The notes under the pieces are model-generated. The model was not told the DNA's origin. It saw nothing but the letters and a program-made list of their open reading frames with translations, and did not search any database. A stretch of DNA of 64,000 nucleotides from Schmidtea polychroa (lineage: Eukaryota): NCBI GenBank assembly GCA_044892525.1, contig CM097885.1, positions 82,770,001-82,834,000 of the forward strand, given 5' to 3'. Below, piece after piece: positions 26,266-39,720 of this stretch. A program made the position numbers and the translations under genes. How positions within the stretch are numbered: the first letter of the stretch is position 1; every line of letters begins with the position of its first letter.

Positions 26266-29084
26266 GTAAATTTTAGTATATGAGGTCTAATTGGGTTCTA
26301 ATTGCAAACAAAGATCCTCACAAGAACTTCTTTAAACATTATAATCGAGGTTTCTATCTAATATTACAACCTCGAAATTTAATAGTTTTTAATTTTAATT
26401 TTAATTCAATTCTAATTAATTGTTTTTGGTATATTGGGAATCAAATTTGTTGGGGTTATGTTGCGTGTGACATGTAAAATTTTCAATTCTTGATCTTAGC
26501 CCAAAGCATGACTTAGTTAACAACAATAACGAATTTCAGACAATATAAACTTTTATTGATCAGCATAATTGATTATAAATTTAGAAAGACACAATATTAT
26601 AGCAGTGACTTTGAAATGCTTCAAAAGAAATAGCAGGTCTTCAATAAAACGTAGAATTCATAACCAATTGATTACTGTTTCTGATTGCAATTATTTCTTG
26701 ATCCAACTTGAAAATACTCGAAGCTCGCGATAAATAACTATAATAATTTGTTTTAATTGCTTCTCTTATAAGTCAATGTTTTCTCCAATAATTTTGTAAT
26801 TTAATTTGTCTTCGAGTTTCGTTTAAATTCTTTTTTCTTGTCTGCCTCTTTTGTTGTGTTTTACTTATATACTCTGTCATCTTATAGCCTTTGTTGTGTT
26901 TTAAATTTTGAAAACAATGAAAAGTTTTATTGATTCACACCCCAACTCCAATCTTGTCAAATCGATGAAATCCCAACACTATATGAATTTATTGATACCA
27001 CAATTTACAACACAAAATAATTCAAAGCTTTTATTTTTATTTTTCGTAAAATTAACAATTGGATTTTAGACAAAAGCTTTAAGTATAGTTTTAATATCAG
27101 TTATTGTTTAGTTGATTTTATAACAGTTTATAACGCGAAATCATTTAAACATAAAAACTACTAGATGGCCTGAATCCACCACTGAATCCACCACTGAATC
27201 CACCACTCTGTTACCCCGGAGGTAGATAGATGGGTCATACTTTGTCATTAAAATTTTTTAAACCAATATAAAATAAATGTAAATATGAATTGAAATTTTA
27301 AAAGCCTTTGGAAGTATTCTCATGAGAACGGATTATTTTAGCTGGAATTTTATTGATATTTTTATTTTAAAATAATAAAAATAATTGAAAAATAATCTCA
27401 TTTAAAAATTTAATAAAGAAAATAAATTAAATTTAACGATTAAAAACCTAGAGACATTGACAAGACACGTTGCCATATGGTTTAATGAACAAAAAGTAAA
27501 TAATTGTTTAAACTGACTAAAATAAGTGGTAGTGATAAAGGGAAACTTTTACAGAAAAATATAATAATTGTCAAATAAAATAATATTCATACATTGAAAA
27601 AATCAAGACGAAATTTGAAATGATAATGTTAAAATAAATACCATTTTAATACTATAAATAATTCAAATTTGCAAGGGAGAGTACACCAGAAGGAGGCAAA
27701 AGAGGACGTAGTCTCAGATAATATAAATTTGGGACCAAAATTTATTTGTCGTTATGTTAAATAATACTAAAAATTAATAATAAATACGAAGCCGGAAGAA
27801 TTATGTAAAAAAGATTATTGTCACAGGATTCCTAATCATATTACCGAATGCAGGGAGTTTGTTTCGTTTAATCTTTGGATACGGGTGACATAGAGAATGC
27901 TAATATGCAAGGAGTTAAATGACATTATTTACCAGGTAGCGTGTCTTTTATATTATTCTGAAATAATAACTGAATTTCCTAATGGTAAATCGTGCAAATC
28001 TTCAATGAAATATAAATTTTGCATTTTTATTAAATATTAAATATCCATGCTCTTACTTTTTATTCAAAACTTTGTTTTAATTTTTGAAAAGCCTCAAAGA
28101 TATTTTTTTATCTTGACCTCCCCCTCTCTCTCTATATATATATAGATATTGATTCATAGTCAATAATTTTTAATAAATAGATTGTCGATTGAAAAGAAAT
28201 CAGAGGTGAAAATTGAAAAAAGTTCTTATAATATATATAAATATATATAAATAGATATCAGATAATATTGAAAAGTTAGCTTTCCGTAAAAAAACATAGC
28301 AGCATTGAAAGAACGCCTCCACGATATTTAATCACAAAAGCTGTATTTTGATGGTCATTGTGTACCTGCCTTGATCAATTGTTCAGAAACATTTTCAATA
28401 AATGAACTATGAAAATTAGTTTATAAAAATAAAGTTATCATAATGGTATGATTGAGTATCCAGAGCAGTTATGCGTATTTTTCCATGAAAATAATTTTTA
28501 TTTCTATTTCGCTTTTGACTTAACAAATTATGAATGCATGTCACCATTTTTGCAATGCGTTTTTTATGAAATTTGAAAGAAAACAAGAATGTATTTGTAT
28601 TTCCATTGGAAACTCAGGACTTGGAGGCAATGATTTATAAGCTAAATTATAAATAGATTATTACTTGATCTACCGTAAGCCTTGCATCGATCGCTCGTTT
28701 ATTCATCTTTACTTTCATTTCATATTCCAGCTTTTATTTGTCCCTTATCGGTATTATTGAAATTATATTTGAAATTTTGGCATTTCATTTTACACTTATT
28801 GATTTTTTGTTTTAATTGGTATTTTCTATCTTTTCGTTTTCTTGAGTTTTAAGCATTAATCTTAATTACATTTTTAGTTTGTTAATCTAATTTTTTATTA
28901 TATTTTCTTTTCATCTCTTTTATTTATTATACTATATTATATTATTTATTCTTTGAAAATTTTGCGTTTTTCTTCCACTAAGCAGTGTTTCTTTTTTTTC
29001 AGTTTTGGCTCAACAATAATGTCAACAAGATTTTAATTAATTAATTAGTTTATATTTTGTAATATAGTTTGCTAGGGACCTCCA

Positions 29085-29899
29085 TAGGGTTGCCAACTTT
29101 TGATTCGACCAAAAGCGTATTCAAATTTCGTTTAACCATATAGTAACAAAAATGACAAATAATTGCAATAAATAAAAATTGAGATAAAATAACAAAACTC
29201 TTATTATAGAAAAAACAAACAAATATTTTTTATAATCCAGTGTTTAAAATCTTTGTCCTTAAGCCAGGAATTATTGAACTTGTACAATCCTTTTTTATTT
29301 GCATGTTTTAATATTTTTACGGGTGTCCTGTTTTTCTCATACTCAAGCTCGCTGTTACTGTCACTACTACCTGAACCTGTTCCGGTTGATCTCAAAATCA
29401 AATTGCAATTGGAAGTATCTTCTGTCATATTTATTTCAAAGGCCTCTCTAAAAGACAAAACTTATAATTTCAAAACAAAATTACTTTTCGAAATTCGAAT
29501 TATAAATTTACTTAAAGGTTATAGAGAGCAATAATAATCAACAATTAATAAAACTTAAACAAAATTAATAATTTATAAAATTATAAATTTTACTTTTTAA
29601 TTTCTACATCTCAAAAATTAATTTTCAAAATACAGGAAATATCACATTGTAATTATGACAGTTTTTCTGGAAATTTTAAGTAAATTTAAATATGAATTTG
29701 GAAAACATTCTGCCGTTTCAATTTGGAAAGCAATTTTTTTTTACACCATCGAACCAAAAATTGACGATATTTTTATCCCAGCAAGCTAAAAGCGCATTTT
29801 TTCGTATATCTATGAAAAGCGTGCGTATAACGTATACATGTTTGTTTTTTGCACGAAAAGCGTAGGTTACGCTTCAAAAGCGTACAGTTGGCAACCTTA
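29085..29899 (-). mobile_element. Internally deleted hAT element in calpain intron 2
   Basis: TIR TAGGGTTGCCAACT / AGTTGGCAACCTTA (13/14); perfect 8-bp TSD GACCTCCA; interior ORF fragment ...YKFNNSWLKDKDFKHWI resembles a transposase N-terminus. Confidence 0.88.
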
Positions 29900-30274
29900 G
29901 ACCTCCATCTATTTAAAATTGGTATTCATATTTTCATTTGCTACCAATGAAGATTGCTTCACTGAGAAATATCGATTTTTCGATTGTATTAATTTTTTCT
30001 CTTGAATTTTCTTTTGGAATTTTAATATTTCATTTATTTTCATTATGACTATAGATTGAAGATTTATTTTACATAATAAATTAATTTTATTTATTATCTT
30101 AATGAAAATAAAGAAAAATTTAAAGAAAATAGATCAAAATTTACCAGTAAAGTAAAGAATTTTATTTTCGAATTTTAATTGCTTTGCACTCAAATATTTG
30201 TGTATTTAAAATTTATATTATTTATATTTATTATAAGTAATATTGACCAATAACAAATATATGTTTGTCAAAAG

Positions 30275-30464
30275 ATTTCTTGGAGGATATTATTGTTTGG
30301 AAAACGAAAGCTTTTTCACCGCAATTATGGATTTCACCGGAGTTTTAGGAGAATCCATCTGTAAAAGTGTTGATGAAAAGATTCTTTCTGAACATATTGT
30401 CAGATTTTATCAGAAAGTTGTAAATCTGACTAACGAGTCTTTTGGAATCTGTCAAATTGAATCA
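30275..30464 (+). CDS. Calpain-like protein, exon 3
   Basis: (K)FLGGYYCL...AIMDFTGVLGE aligns to LxGSYExL...DFTGG; splice phases 2 and 0 are consistent. Confidence 0.88.
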
Positions 30465-30504
30465 GTATGTTTACTATTAATATATCAATGTTATCAAATT
30501 CTAG

Positions 30505-30723
30505 CCACCCCCATCAAATAAAAGATCATCTGCGAAAGGTCCACCTTATCATGTATATATAATCACAGGCTTCACTGAAATTCCTCTAGATCCTCCAGAT
30601 GGACTTGTTAATGATTTATTAAACCAATTTTATAATTCCCGAGGCTCCCTTATTCCGGTAATACGTTTAATGCCTTTGTCTGATTCTGAGGAAAATGGGA
30701 TTATTGACCAATATGTTGTGAAA
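30505..30723 (+). CDS. Calpain-like protein, exon 4
   Basis: Follows a 40-nt GT-AG intron; GPPYHVYIITG retains the catalytic His; VIRLMPL replaces IRxRNPWG (Asn lost). Confidence 0.8.
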
Positions 30724-30766
30724 GTAATATATTAATCAAAAATACTTGTACCATTAAGTTAATCAG

Positions 30767-31030
30767 ACATGGAAAAAGTGTACAACTTTGGTCAAGAAAA
30801 AGTACGGCTTAGAATGCAATAATGGAAACGAAAATTGGATAACCGTGGAAAATTTACTTGAAATAAGTAAATGTTCTGTCCTGTTTCACATGTTTAATCG
30901 CAATTCGATTATCGCGCTCGCCAAAAAACAATTATATTGGAAATATGTCTACTTTGATCATTTTTGGCATAGAGACGGCCCAAGGAGAGGCCCTAAAATT
31001 ATTGGCCAAGAGTTCCTGAAAAATAACCAA
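30767..31030 (+). CDS. Calpain-like protein, exon 5
   Basis: Follows a 43-nt intron; GNENWITVENLL aligns to DGEFWMSFEDF; ends EFLKNNQ (TFWxNPQ); donor |gttagc. Confidence 0.82.
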
Positions 31031-31399
31031 GTTAGCCACTTTAAAAATAAATATTTCTTAAACTATTTAATTAATTGTCATTCAATATGACTGAGATTAA
31101 ATTAAATCAAATATTAATAGTAAAATTATTTATCTTTCTACTATAAATAACACAAATTTTGATACGGCTTTTTCAAATGTCGAAAATTTCCATTAAATAT
31201 AAAAAATAAATCTTTAGTCAAAAACTAAATGAAGATAAATGATTGTCAATAATTATTATTTATTGAGTAAAGGAAATTAGTATTTTAATCGCAACCAAAT
31301 TATTAGGTCAATGCGTAGGTTCCCGACTCCTCATTTAAAAACTTCCTCAAAATTAATGAATTATTAAAAACGGACATATATACGACACTGACATCTGAC

Positions 31400-31710
31400 A
31401 TGAATAAAGAAGCAACAGAAGGATAAGAAGAAATTTGCCAAATTTATGGAGAAGATATTGTCGTGCTCAAAACTTCAAAGGGTTTGGTATTCGAAATTCA
31501 AGAGGAGTGGTTTTGGTTTAGAAGACAAGGTCAGATCAGGATTCCAAATTTTTGGCTATAGAAAAGGCCTTTAGGGCATGTAGATGGGTTCCACATCAAT
31601 TTTCGCAAAGAAACAAGGATGATAAATCATTCGTACAACCATAAAAAGAAATCGTTTGTACACATTTAGTGACTGTAGATGAAAAGTGAATGTATTGTGC
31701 TAGCACAGTG
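31400..31710 (+). mobile_element. Mariner transposase fragment
   Basis: EICQIYGEDIV, CRWVPHQFS and HLVTVDEK motifs, heavily decayed. Confidence 0.6.
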
Positions 31711-34700
31711 ATATCATACTCAAACAAATAAAAATAAAATAAGACAAAATAAAATTTTTATAAATATTTTTCTCATTTCAATGGTTCGAATTTACCANNN
31801 NNNNNNNNNNNNNNNNNNNNNNNNNNNNNNNNNNNNNNNNNNNNNNNNNNNNNNNNNNNNNNNNNNNNNNNNNNNNNNNNNNNNNNNNNNNNNNNNNNNN
31901 NNNNNNNNNNNNNNNNNNNNNNNNNNNNNNNNNNTTCATTTCCTTGGATATTTGGTTAGTTCTTATTGAAGAATGGTATTGCGTCATAATGTATATTGTG
32001 ACACAAGAACCTGTATATGAAATTATTACTTATAGTAACAAGGGTTTTGTAATGATGTAATGTCTTTAAAATAAAATATTGCGTCGACATAAAATATTAC
32101 ACAACCATTGCATAACAAGCATGTATGAGCTCAGTGTGATGCATAGATGTTAAGTAATAATTAAAATATATTATCACATAACAATTATACAGTCCGATAT
32201 ATTATGTATTTAATATTACGATATTTCTATATTATTATGTAACCTCGATGGGATGTTTCCATATCAGTAAACTACCATTCCAATACCGATATTGCCATTA
32301 CTTATTTATATAATTTGTTAAGTAATTCTTTTGAATAATTGAAAACTAATAATTAAGGAAAAATTTCAATAAATATTAAGTTTTATTTATTTCGTATCTA
32401 ACTCTGTTTATACAAACCATGCTTCTGAGTTCCTTTGACATAAAAGGGAGAAGAGTTTTCGTTTTATCAGCCTAGTGTCATTCTAGAACGGAATCCGAAT
32501 ATATTTTTTAATCTTGGACTATTCATTTCAATATATTTCAATATATATTAGCTATTTTAAAAATAATTATCAATTTACACCATTTCCAAATTGAATTTGC
32601 TATAAGTAAGGAAATGTGTGTAGTGGCAGATGCCTGCTGTTGACATATTTATTAGTGGCATGCATTCAGAATCTAAGGACAAATATGAAATATAATCGGT
32701 TCTATCTGTATCCATAAGAATGATAAATGAGCACACAATTTTGAGTTCGTAGTTAGTGTATTTTCTAAGGAACCAAAAATAATGTTACCACCCAATTTGA
32801 AAAAGGTGTACATATCGTTCTAAATATGGTTTTTTCTACGTGACTGTCATTTACTCTGTGAAATAAAATTTTATATTCCTCTTATTAAATGTAATTTTAA
32901 ATTTTGAGTTATGAGGTGCTTGATAAGAATGATATCTTTCACCTTGATTGTCAGTGTTCTTCTTTTGATATAGTCTACAAACTTACTTGTCTAAGTGTAC
33001 AATTCAACGCAATTTTTTAACAACAATGATTTTTAGAGTATAATTTGCAAAGGCTTCTGAGACAGTTTCATGAAATGCATGATTGAAATTTTATGTTTAA
33101 CCCTATTGACGTCATGCCTCTTACCACAACTTTTCAGTTGTCATGGGTGTCATGACGGCAATACACGTCAAAATGTGCATCATCATTTTATGATTAAATT
33201 ATTATAATTACTGCATTTCTTTCATTTTGCTGTTTTCAGAATTTCATTATCTTTAAAAATGTAAAAGATATGGCAAGTGACGTTCTGAGAACAGCAACTA
33301 AAAAAGTACGTCGCGAAAGGGTTAAAGAGAAAAAAAATAATTTTATAATTAAAATGGTTTTTCTAAAAAATATTATACATTTTGAGTGACAAATCAAAAT
33401 TATAATATAAAGTGAAACAAAATTAAACAATTCATATCTTTTGCAGTTATTACCAGTTAAAATATTTTGCAAGCATAAGTAATTAGTACCTGATGTCATC
33501 TATTTGACATAAACCCGTCAAAACAACAAATCCGATTAATTGACATTTGGAAATTGAGGTAACCTTTTTTCTGTTATAGTTTCATTAAATTTGAATTTTG
33601 ATATTGTTTTAATCTTTACCAAGACAGATGGAGCTTTTTGATATTGAAGGGTTTATGTAAAGGAATGCAGAAATATAATTTAAATGTTAAATTAATGAAA
33701 AATCTGGTATGATATCAATCCGGGACCCGCATAAGATTCAATTGCAATTATACAAACTAATGTATAATTTAAACTTTTGCTGGTGACATATCATTTTTTT
33801 TGGAAACCGAAATCGTCCAGTTTGACAAGGAAGCTAGTGGCCTGTCTAGCTGAGGCAGAATAGCAAAATTTTGATTATTAATATAGAGGTGTTGCCGAAA
33901 ATGTGAAAAATTGTTGATATAGTTCCTAGAATTGAGATTACCATTACTGAAACCACATATTAAAGATAAACTAAATTTAGTAAACTTTGTTAGTTTCAGC
34001 CAAGTGTTAAAATATCGAGATTTGAATACTTTTGTAAAGGGACGTTGATAACGTTATAGATTTAGTTCATTGGAATTATACTGGAATTAGTTGAAAATTT
34101 GATCAGCATCTGAATATTTTGTCTTTAAAAATATAATGGTCTTATTTGGTGGGTTGTGTTAATAAATAAAGGAACGCCCGGAGTTAGATTAATTTGGATC
34201 CAGGGGAAATAAATAAAAATCCAACAATATATATTTTCAATTAAAAAGAAATGGCAATATCGAGAGAAACTAGTTGGAAATCAAGATATAAATTCTATTA
34301 TCACTTTAAAAATTAAATTCCCAGCAGATGTGTTGAAGAATTGAAGAAATTAATTTGAGTTTCACTTTTATTGCCAAAAGACTTCTACTAAAACATTATA
34401 ACATTCAACTTATTTTTATTGTTTACATTTTTAAAATATTAAACATAACTTATATTTACCTACTTATATCTATCTATCTATCTACCTATCTACTTATCTA
34501 TCTATCTATCATTATGAAATGAGCAAAAGTTATCTAAATTTTATGTATTAAAACTGAGCCTCTTAGTATTTCAATAATAGTTCATGTTTTCAAAAATCGA
34601 AATTATAATTGAAAACAAGCAATAGTTGAAGAAAATCCGAAAATATATTTTAAAAATATTCAAAAATGCCACACGGCCATCCTTTAAAGTATAAAGTTTA

Positions 34701-35648
34701 TACTACATATATCGAGGTATTATTATTTTTATAATTTTTATAAATTTATTTGCAAAAACAATTTAAAATCTATAGTATTTTCTTTTCTACTTGATAATGA
34801 AAGTGAACCTTACGAAATATACTTTTGTTTGCATGGAATAATAACATCTATATTACAATTTGGTGTGCAGACAAATATGTGTCATAATTTCTGAAAAATT
34901 CTTTTTCAAATTTTGAATTTCCGAAATTTGGATTTTTTACAGTTTAAAGTAAGTTTTAATAATTTGTAACTTCAAATTACCTTTTATATATTATTCGCCA
35001 CATATTTTATCTTTATTTATGTTTTGAGAAAAAATAGCGTATATTCATAAAATGGTGATTTCATATTTTTACAGTGGATTTTTTTAAGTTTATCTCTCCA
35101 AATTTATAAACTTGGCGGTATTCACAATAACCGTCTAAAATGAAATACGTCTTGAATTCAGTAGAGGTTTTGGCATTAAATTCTAAATTTTTATTTGTCA
35201 ATGTTTCTTGAAAAAATAAAATTTTATAATATTATTATTCCATTTAAAATTTACACATCGAAAGTTTACATGCATTTTTTAATATATAGGTTGTCCCAAA
35301 GATCATTAATTATTATAATTCTTCGTTTTAACGTTTCGACTCCAAATTGAGTCGAAAAAAATATGTATAAAATTTTAAAAATGTGTATTAAATGTAAAGA
35401 TTATAAAATAATAATAAATATATGTCACAGAAACTATCAAGCCCTTTCTTTATTAAAAGTTCTATTTGCGTGTTCTACGGAAAGAATCGTAGGCTGTCAT
35501 TTCTGAAAGCTCCAAACACCTGAAACGAATTCTCTATTTTTCAATACTTTGTTTTTTACCAATTTTATATGGACAACAAATGCCCTTTTTAACTTTTATG
35601 AATAATTATAAATCCGAAAATGGTACCTCCTAACTGCATTTATTCTAG

Positions 35649-35783
35649 TACCTGATAATTGTGCCTCAGTCAGAGATCTGCGTTGTGAAAATCGTACTCA
35701 CAAATATACAGAAATATATTGAAATAGGCGGAAAAGCGATTCAGCCAGGCGGTAATACAAAAATAGGAATTGAATTGTTTGAA
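35649..35783 (+). CDS. Calpain-like protein, exon 6 (domain III / C2L)
   Basis: YLIIVPQSEICVVKIVLTNIQK...KIGIELFE; ttctag| acceptor, |gtaata donor. Confidence 0.82.
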
Positions 35784-35833
35784 GTAATATTACAAAAATG
35801 AAAAAACCATTTTTATTAACATAAAATATTGAG

Positions 35834-36039
35834 GTTGAGAAAAATAGATTGTATAGAGTTCACGATTTGGACCATACAAAAGCAATCACATATCAAACTG
35901 ATTTCCAACAAGGGCGATATATAGTAATAACTGCATATTTAGAAAGAGGTCACTATGTTGCTATTCCTTGGATAGCTGCGGGGAATGGGACAAAATATAC
36001 CCTACAAGTGTTTTCATCTGATAATCGAGTAGAAACTAC
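35834..36039 (+). CDS. Calpain-like protein, exon 7
   Basis: LYRVHD...YQTDFQQGRYIVITAYLERGHYVAIPW...YTLQVFS (domain III); donor |gtaagt, phase 2. The acceptor is a GAG (35834 or 35840), so the exact start is uncertain. Confidence 0.8.
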
Positions 36040-37165
36040 GTAAGTAATGCAATTTAATGTTTCATGAAATTATTATTTTGTTTTATTTTATAAAGATTTC
36101 TCGAGCTTGATATTCCCGAACAGCAACTGTGCACGCCTTGCCAAATTAAACAAACCGCATATCGCACTCAAAATAAATTTAAATCGCTTTATGATCGTTC
36201 AGCATCGGAATGTGCGCCTTCATCTNNNNNNNNNNNNNNNNNNNNNNNNNNNNNNNNNNNNNNNNNNNNNNNNNNNNNNNNNNNNNNNNNNNNNNNNNNN
36301 NNNNNNNNNNNNNNNNNNNNNNNNNNNNNNNNNNNNNNNNNNNNNNNNNNNNNNNNNNNNNNNNNNNNNNNNNNNNNNNNNNNTCATTATTATATATAAG
36401 CTTAAATAATTAAAATTTAATTCATAAATTGACTATAATGCCGTGCGACAGATTGCCCAATCCAAATAATCCTGCGTGCTTTCACATTGATTAGTGATCT
36501 TAACATCAATATAAAATCCCAAAATCAATAAATAGTTGCCGTTTTAATTTCGAGTCGTCAATATAGTATTAATATCAACTGCTCAATATTTGATCCAAAT
36601 AGTTTCCATTCGGATTTTATTATTATCCTAACCGATCAGTAGAAAATCATAACTTTTATTTCTATCAATAAAATCTTGAATTCCTTTAATAATTTCATGA
36701 TTAATAATTTATTTTTTAATTAAATGACAAATTATTAATTATTTCATGTTAATCGTGCATATCGAATTTTTGTGTTTGATGAGACAGAAGCGGAAATATC
36801 CACTTGGAAATTATCTCAAACGGGATATATTAATGAAACGAACAAGCATAAATAACCATATTGTTTTCCACCACAAAAATTATTCATGTCGAATTTTTCG
36901 CCAATAAGGGCTGGGAAAAGCAGCTTCTTCGTCCATGAAATCGATCTGCTGTTAAGAAAATAAAAGTCAGTATTTGAAGTAGATGGTGAATATGCTGCGG
37001 AATAATCATTTAAAGATGTTAGATTATTTTGGTTGAATAAAACTGCTGAAAAAAGCCACAATAATTATACATCCTTGTTCATAATTCATAGAAATTCTAC
37101 TTTTAAAATCATAAAGTTTTCCAATAAATTATTTTGTTATTAAAACTTTATACATGTCTCTATAT

Positions 37166-37398
37166 CAGTGATTCCTAACCTATTTGAAGCTACGGAGCAC
37201 TGTTGATTATAAGAAATATTTGCGGATCACTAAAATCATAAAAAATCTGATTCAACAATATAATACATGAAAACATTGATTTTATTTATACTGATTACAA
37301 AAATAACAAGAAAAAATCATTAAAAACTAGCCAATGTTTCATATATGACTTGTGGAGCACTTGTGGAGCACTTGTGGAGCACGGGTTGGGAATCTCTG
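37166..37398. mobile_element. Buster/Charlie-type hAT MITE
   Basis: CAGTGATTCCTAACCT ... GGGTTGGGAATCTCTG; TSD CTCTATAT / CTCGATAT (7/8); internal (CTTGTGGAGCA)x3. Confidence 0.75.
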
Positions 37399-38229
37399 CT
37401 CGATATTACGCTCAATTACCAATTATTATTTTGTTTTAATATTAATACAATATCTGAATTTACCAGATCAAGTCCCTTGTCTGTGATTAATTATATTAAA
37501 TTAAAATTCTACGTAAAATTTAATTTCCCACTCATCTGGCAATTGGCATTTTGCTATCGAATAAAACACAATTTATCCAACTTAGACAATTATTTCTTTT
37601 AAAACTGTTATATATTTTTGTGAATGCAATATTACGACACAAACAATTTGTTTAAAAATTCTTTATTGCATAAATTCTATTAGTTAAGGTTTAATTTTAT
37701 AAATTAATTTAAATTTCAATTATTTAGCAACTAGAAAATAAGCCATGATCAAAAATAACAAAATTTCATTTAATATTCATATCTATTGAACTGCATATTC
37801 TGTGCTTGGTGCTTCTTGCAAAGTGCGTTCTTCTTCACAATTTGAATAGTTCTGGTATTCTCGTTGCATCTTTTTATTCTTCTTCTTCTCCTTATATGTA
37901 TTATAATTTACAGATCGGAGTCACTACAAATTACTTGCATTTTCTTATATTATTTTTTTAAAATTAAAGTGGACAATATTTATCTTTTCATAATATCTTT
38001 TCATTAAAGCACAAAATCAAGTTTGGAAGAACATTCCTGATACTTCGAATTAAATGTATAGCTGAAGAAATTTAAAAATTTCCATGTACCCTTACAAATA
38101 CGGCAATTCAATCACAAATATTTCATAATTTGCAATAACACTGCACTTATATCCCTTATTTTGCTCATTAATATTAATCAAGCCCAGTAGTCAACAGTAA
38201 TCAAATATTAGACCCATAACATTTCTATT

Positions 38230-39030
38230 GATATCAAGATCATTTTTTACATTGAATCAATTTGCCAGAAAACATCACTGGAAGTCAAACCAGGGCTATG
38301 TGGAACCAAAACGAAGCCCTTTTTGACGATTGCATCCATAGTTTGATGAACTGTGTGAACTGGTGCGTTGTCATGCAAGAAATAGAAGTCTTGATTCCTG
38401 GACTTCAGTCACAACTTTTCACATCACTAACTAGTGTATATTCGTAGTGGGAGTAGATTATTTTCGAAGTCAAGCCGGTCTTGATCACATCTTTTGCATC
38501 CCACAAAGCTCTGAGCATGAGACATTTTGGTGAGATGTACCTGAACGAACTATTATTTGTGATTTTTTTTTCTAGAACCACTCATTCACGAAATTCACGC
38601 TCATTGTATGGAACATAAGGACTCCGTGGTGTCTCGTCTTCAGTTATAATACTCTTCAAAAGGTTCTGCCAAAGAGCATGAAAGAATGCCAGATTTTCTT
38701 GACATGCTTGCATAAGTTTTTCTCACATCTCAAGTTTTCTGATTTCAATGTCTTCCAACCTGTGTTGCACAGTCTTCCTTACATTAAATCAAGTTGACAG
38801 TTCTGCGTTGGTAATTCACCTCTTTCAATTTTTCGAATTTATTCTCGTCAATTTATTGACGTTGTCAACTTCCTTATTCAACAAACACATTGCTCATACC
38901 AGGGGAAAACTCTTTTATTCAATTATAAATTGTGATTTAGCATGGTGCTTCATTTCCATACGCTTCATATAGCTGATAAATAATATCTTTCTTTTCTGTC
39001 TTCTTCCAAAGTAAAAATCGAATAACACAG
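38230..39030 (-). mobile_element. Mariner transposase pseudogene
   Basis: EFRCVIRFLLW..QLYEAYGNEAP (HTH), ITEDET, LWDAKDVI, FLHDNAPVHT, PH...SSD; stops and frameshifts. Confidence 0.8.
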
Positions 39031-39148
39031 CGAAATTCAACTTGCTGGTACATTTTTTAAAAACACACACTAAACAATTTCAATAGACGTTCAATAGGTA
39101 AAAACAAATTCAATAATTTCATTACTGTACGAATCTGACAATTTTTTA

Positions 39149-39278
39149 TGGTGCCCCGTCAAAATGGCCCCGGTATTACGGCGCCCGACATAAAGGCCCC
39201 CGACAAAAGGGCCTCTGATATAGGGGTCCTTGGCAAAAACGACCCCTATCAAAAGGGCCCCCGTCAATAGGACCGCGT
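39149..39278. repeat. Degenerate 15-bp GC-rich tandem array (about 8-9 units, consensus near GGCCCCCGACAAAAG)
   Basis: Read directly; probably a subterminal array of a DNA transposon. Confidence 0.7.
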
Positions 39279-39609
39279 AGATAGAAAATTGAATTGGATC
39301 TTAGTGAATGGTAATAATACTTAACTTTATAACTACGTACTATTAGTCATTTCGTACTATTATTAAATGCCTGTAAGCATCCCTGACTCTATTTCTCCTT
39401 CCGTAAACAAGAATTCACGTACATTAGAGGCCGTTACATTTTGCTTGTAAACAAATTTTTTTGGGTCAACCACGTAAATGCCATACAATGATTTATGCGT
39501 GCAACAAAGATTTTCTGGATTTCAGTTTGAGTTTGCAGGATTATTATCACTAATGCAAGGTTAAAATAATGTAGTGGGAGAAATAATAATAAAATAATGA
39601 CGTTTCGTA

Positions 39610-39614
39610 ATAAT

Positions 39615-39658
<44 letters not shown>

Positions 39659-39720
39659 GTAGCCTATAGCTTAATGTCCTTTTCGTCGTCGAGAAGACGA
39701 CATGAGGGGCGTACCCAAGG
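39610..39720 (-). mobile_element. Probable non-LTR retroposon 3' end
   Basis: Minus strand GTCGTC-TTCTC-GACGAC stem-loop followed about 25 nt later by a (TTA)n tail. Confidence 0.35.

Noticed and set aside
27780-28640. Zinc-knuckle-like CHRIPNHITEC (27.8 kb) and Tc1-like PPSPEF remnant (28.3-28.6 kb, -)
   Set aside because: Plausible TE debris but not alignable over a useful length.
36780-37061. Alternative calpain terminal exon or minus-strand 81-aa ORF
   Set aside because: The exon at 41075 fits phase and homology better; the minus ORF has no recognisable motif.
39149-39278. CRISPR-like repeat array
   Set aside because: No unique spacers, degenerate 15-bp period, eukaryotic context.
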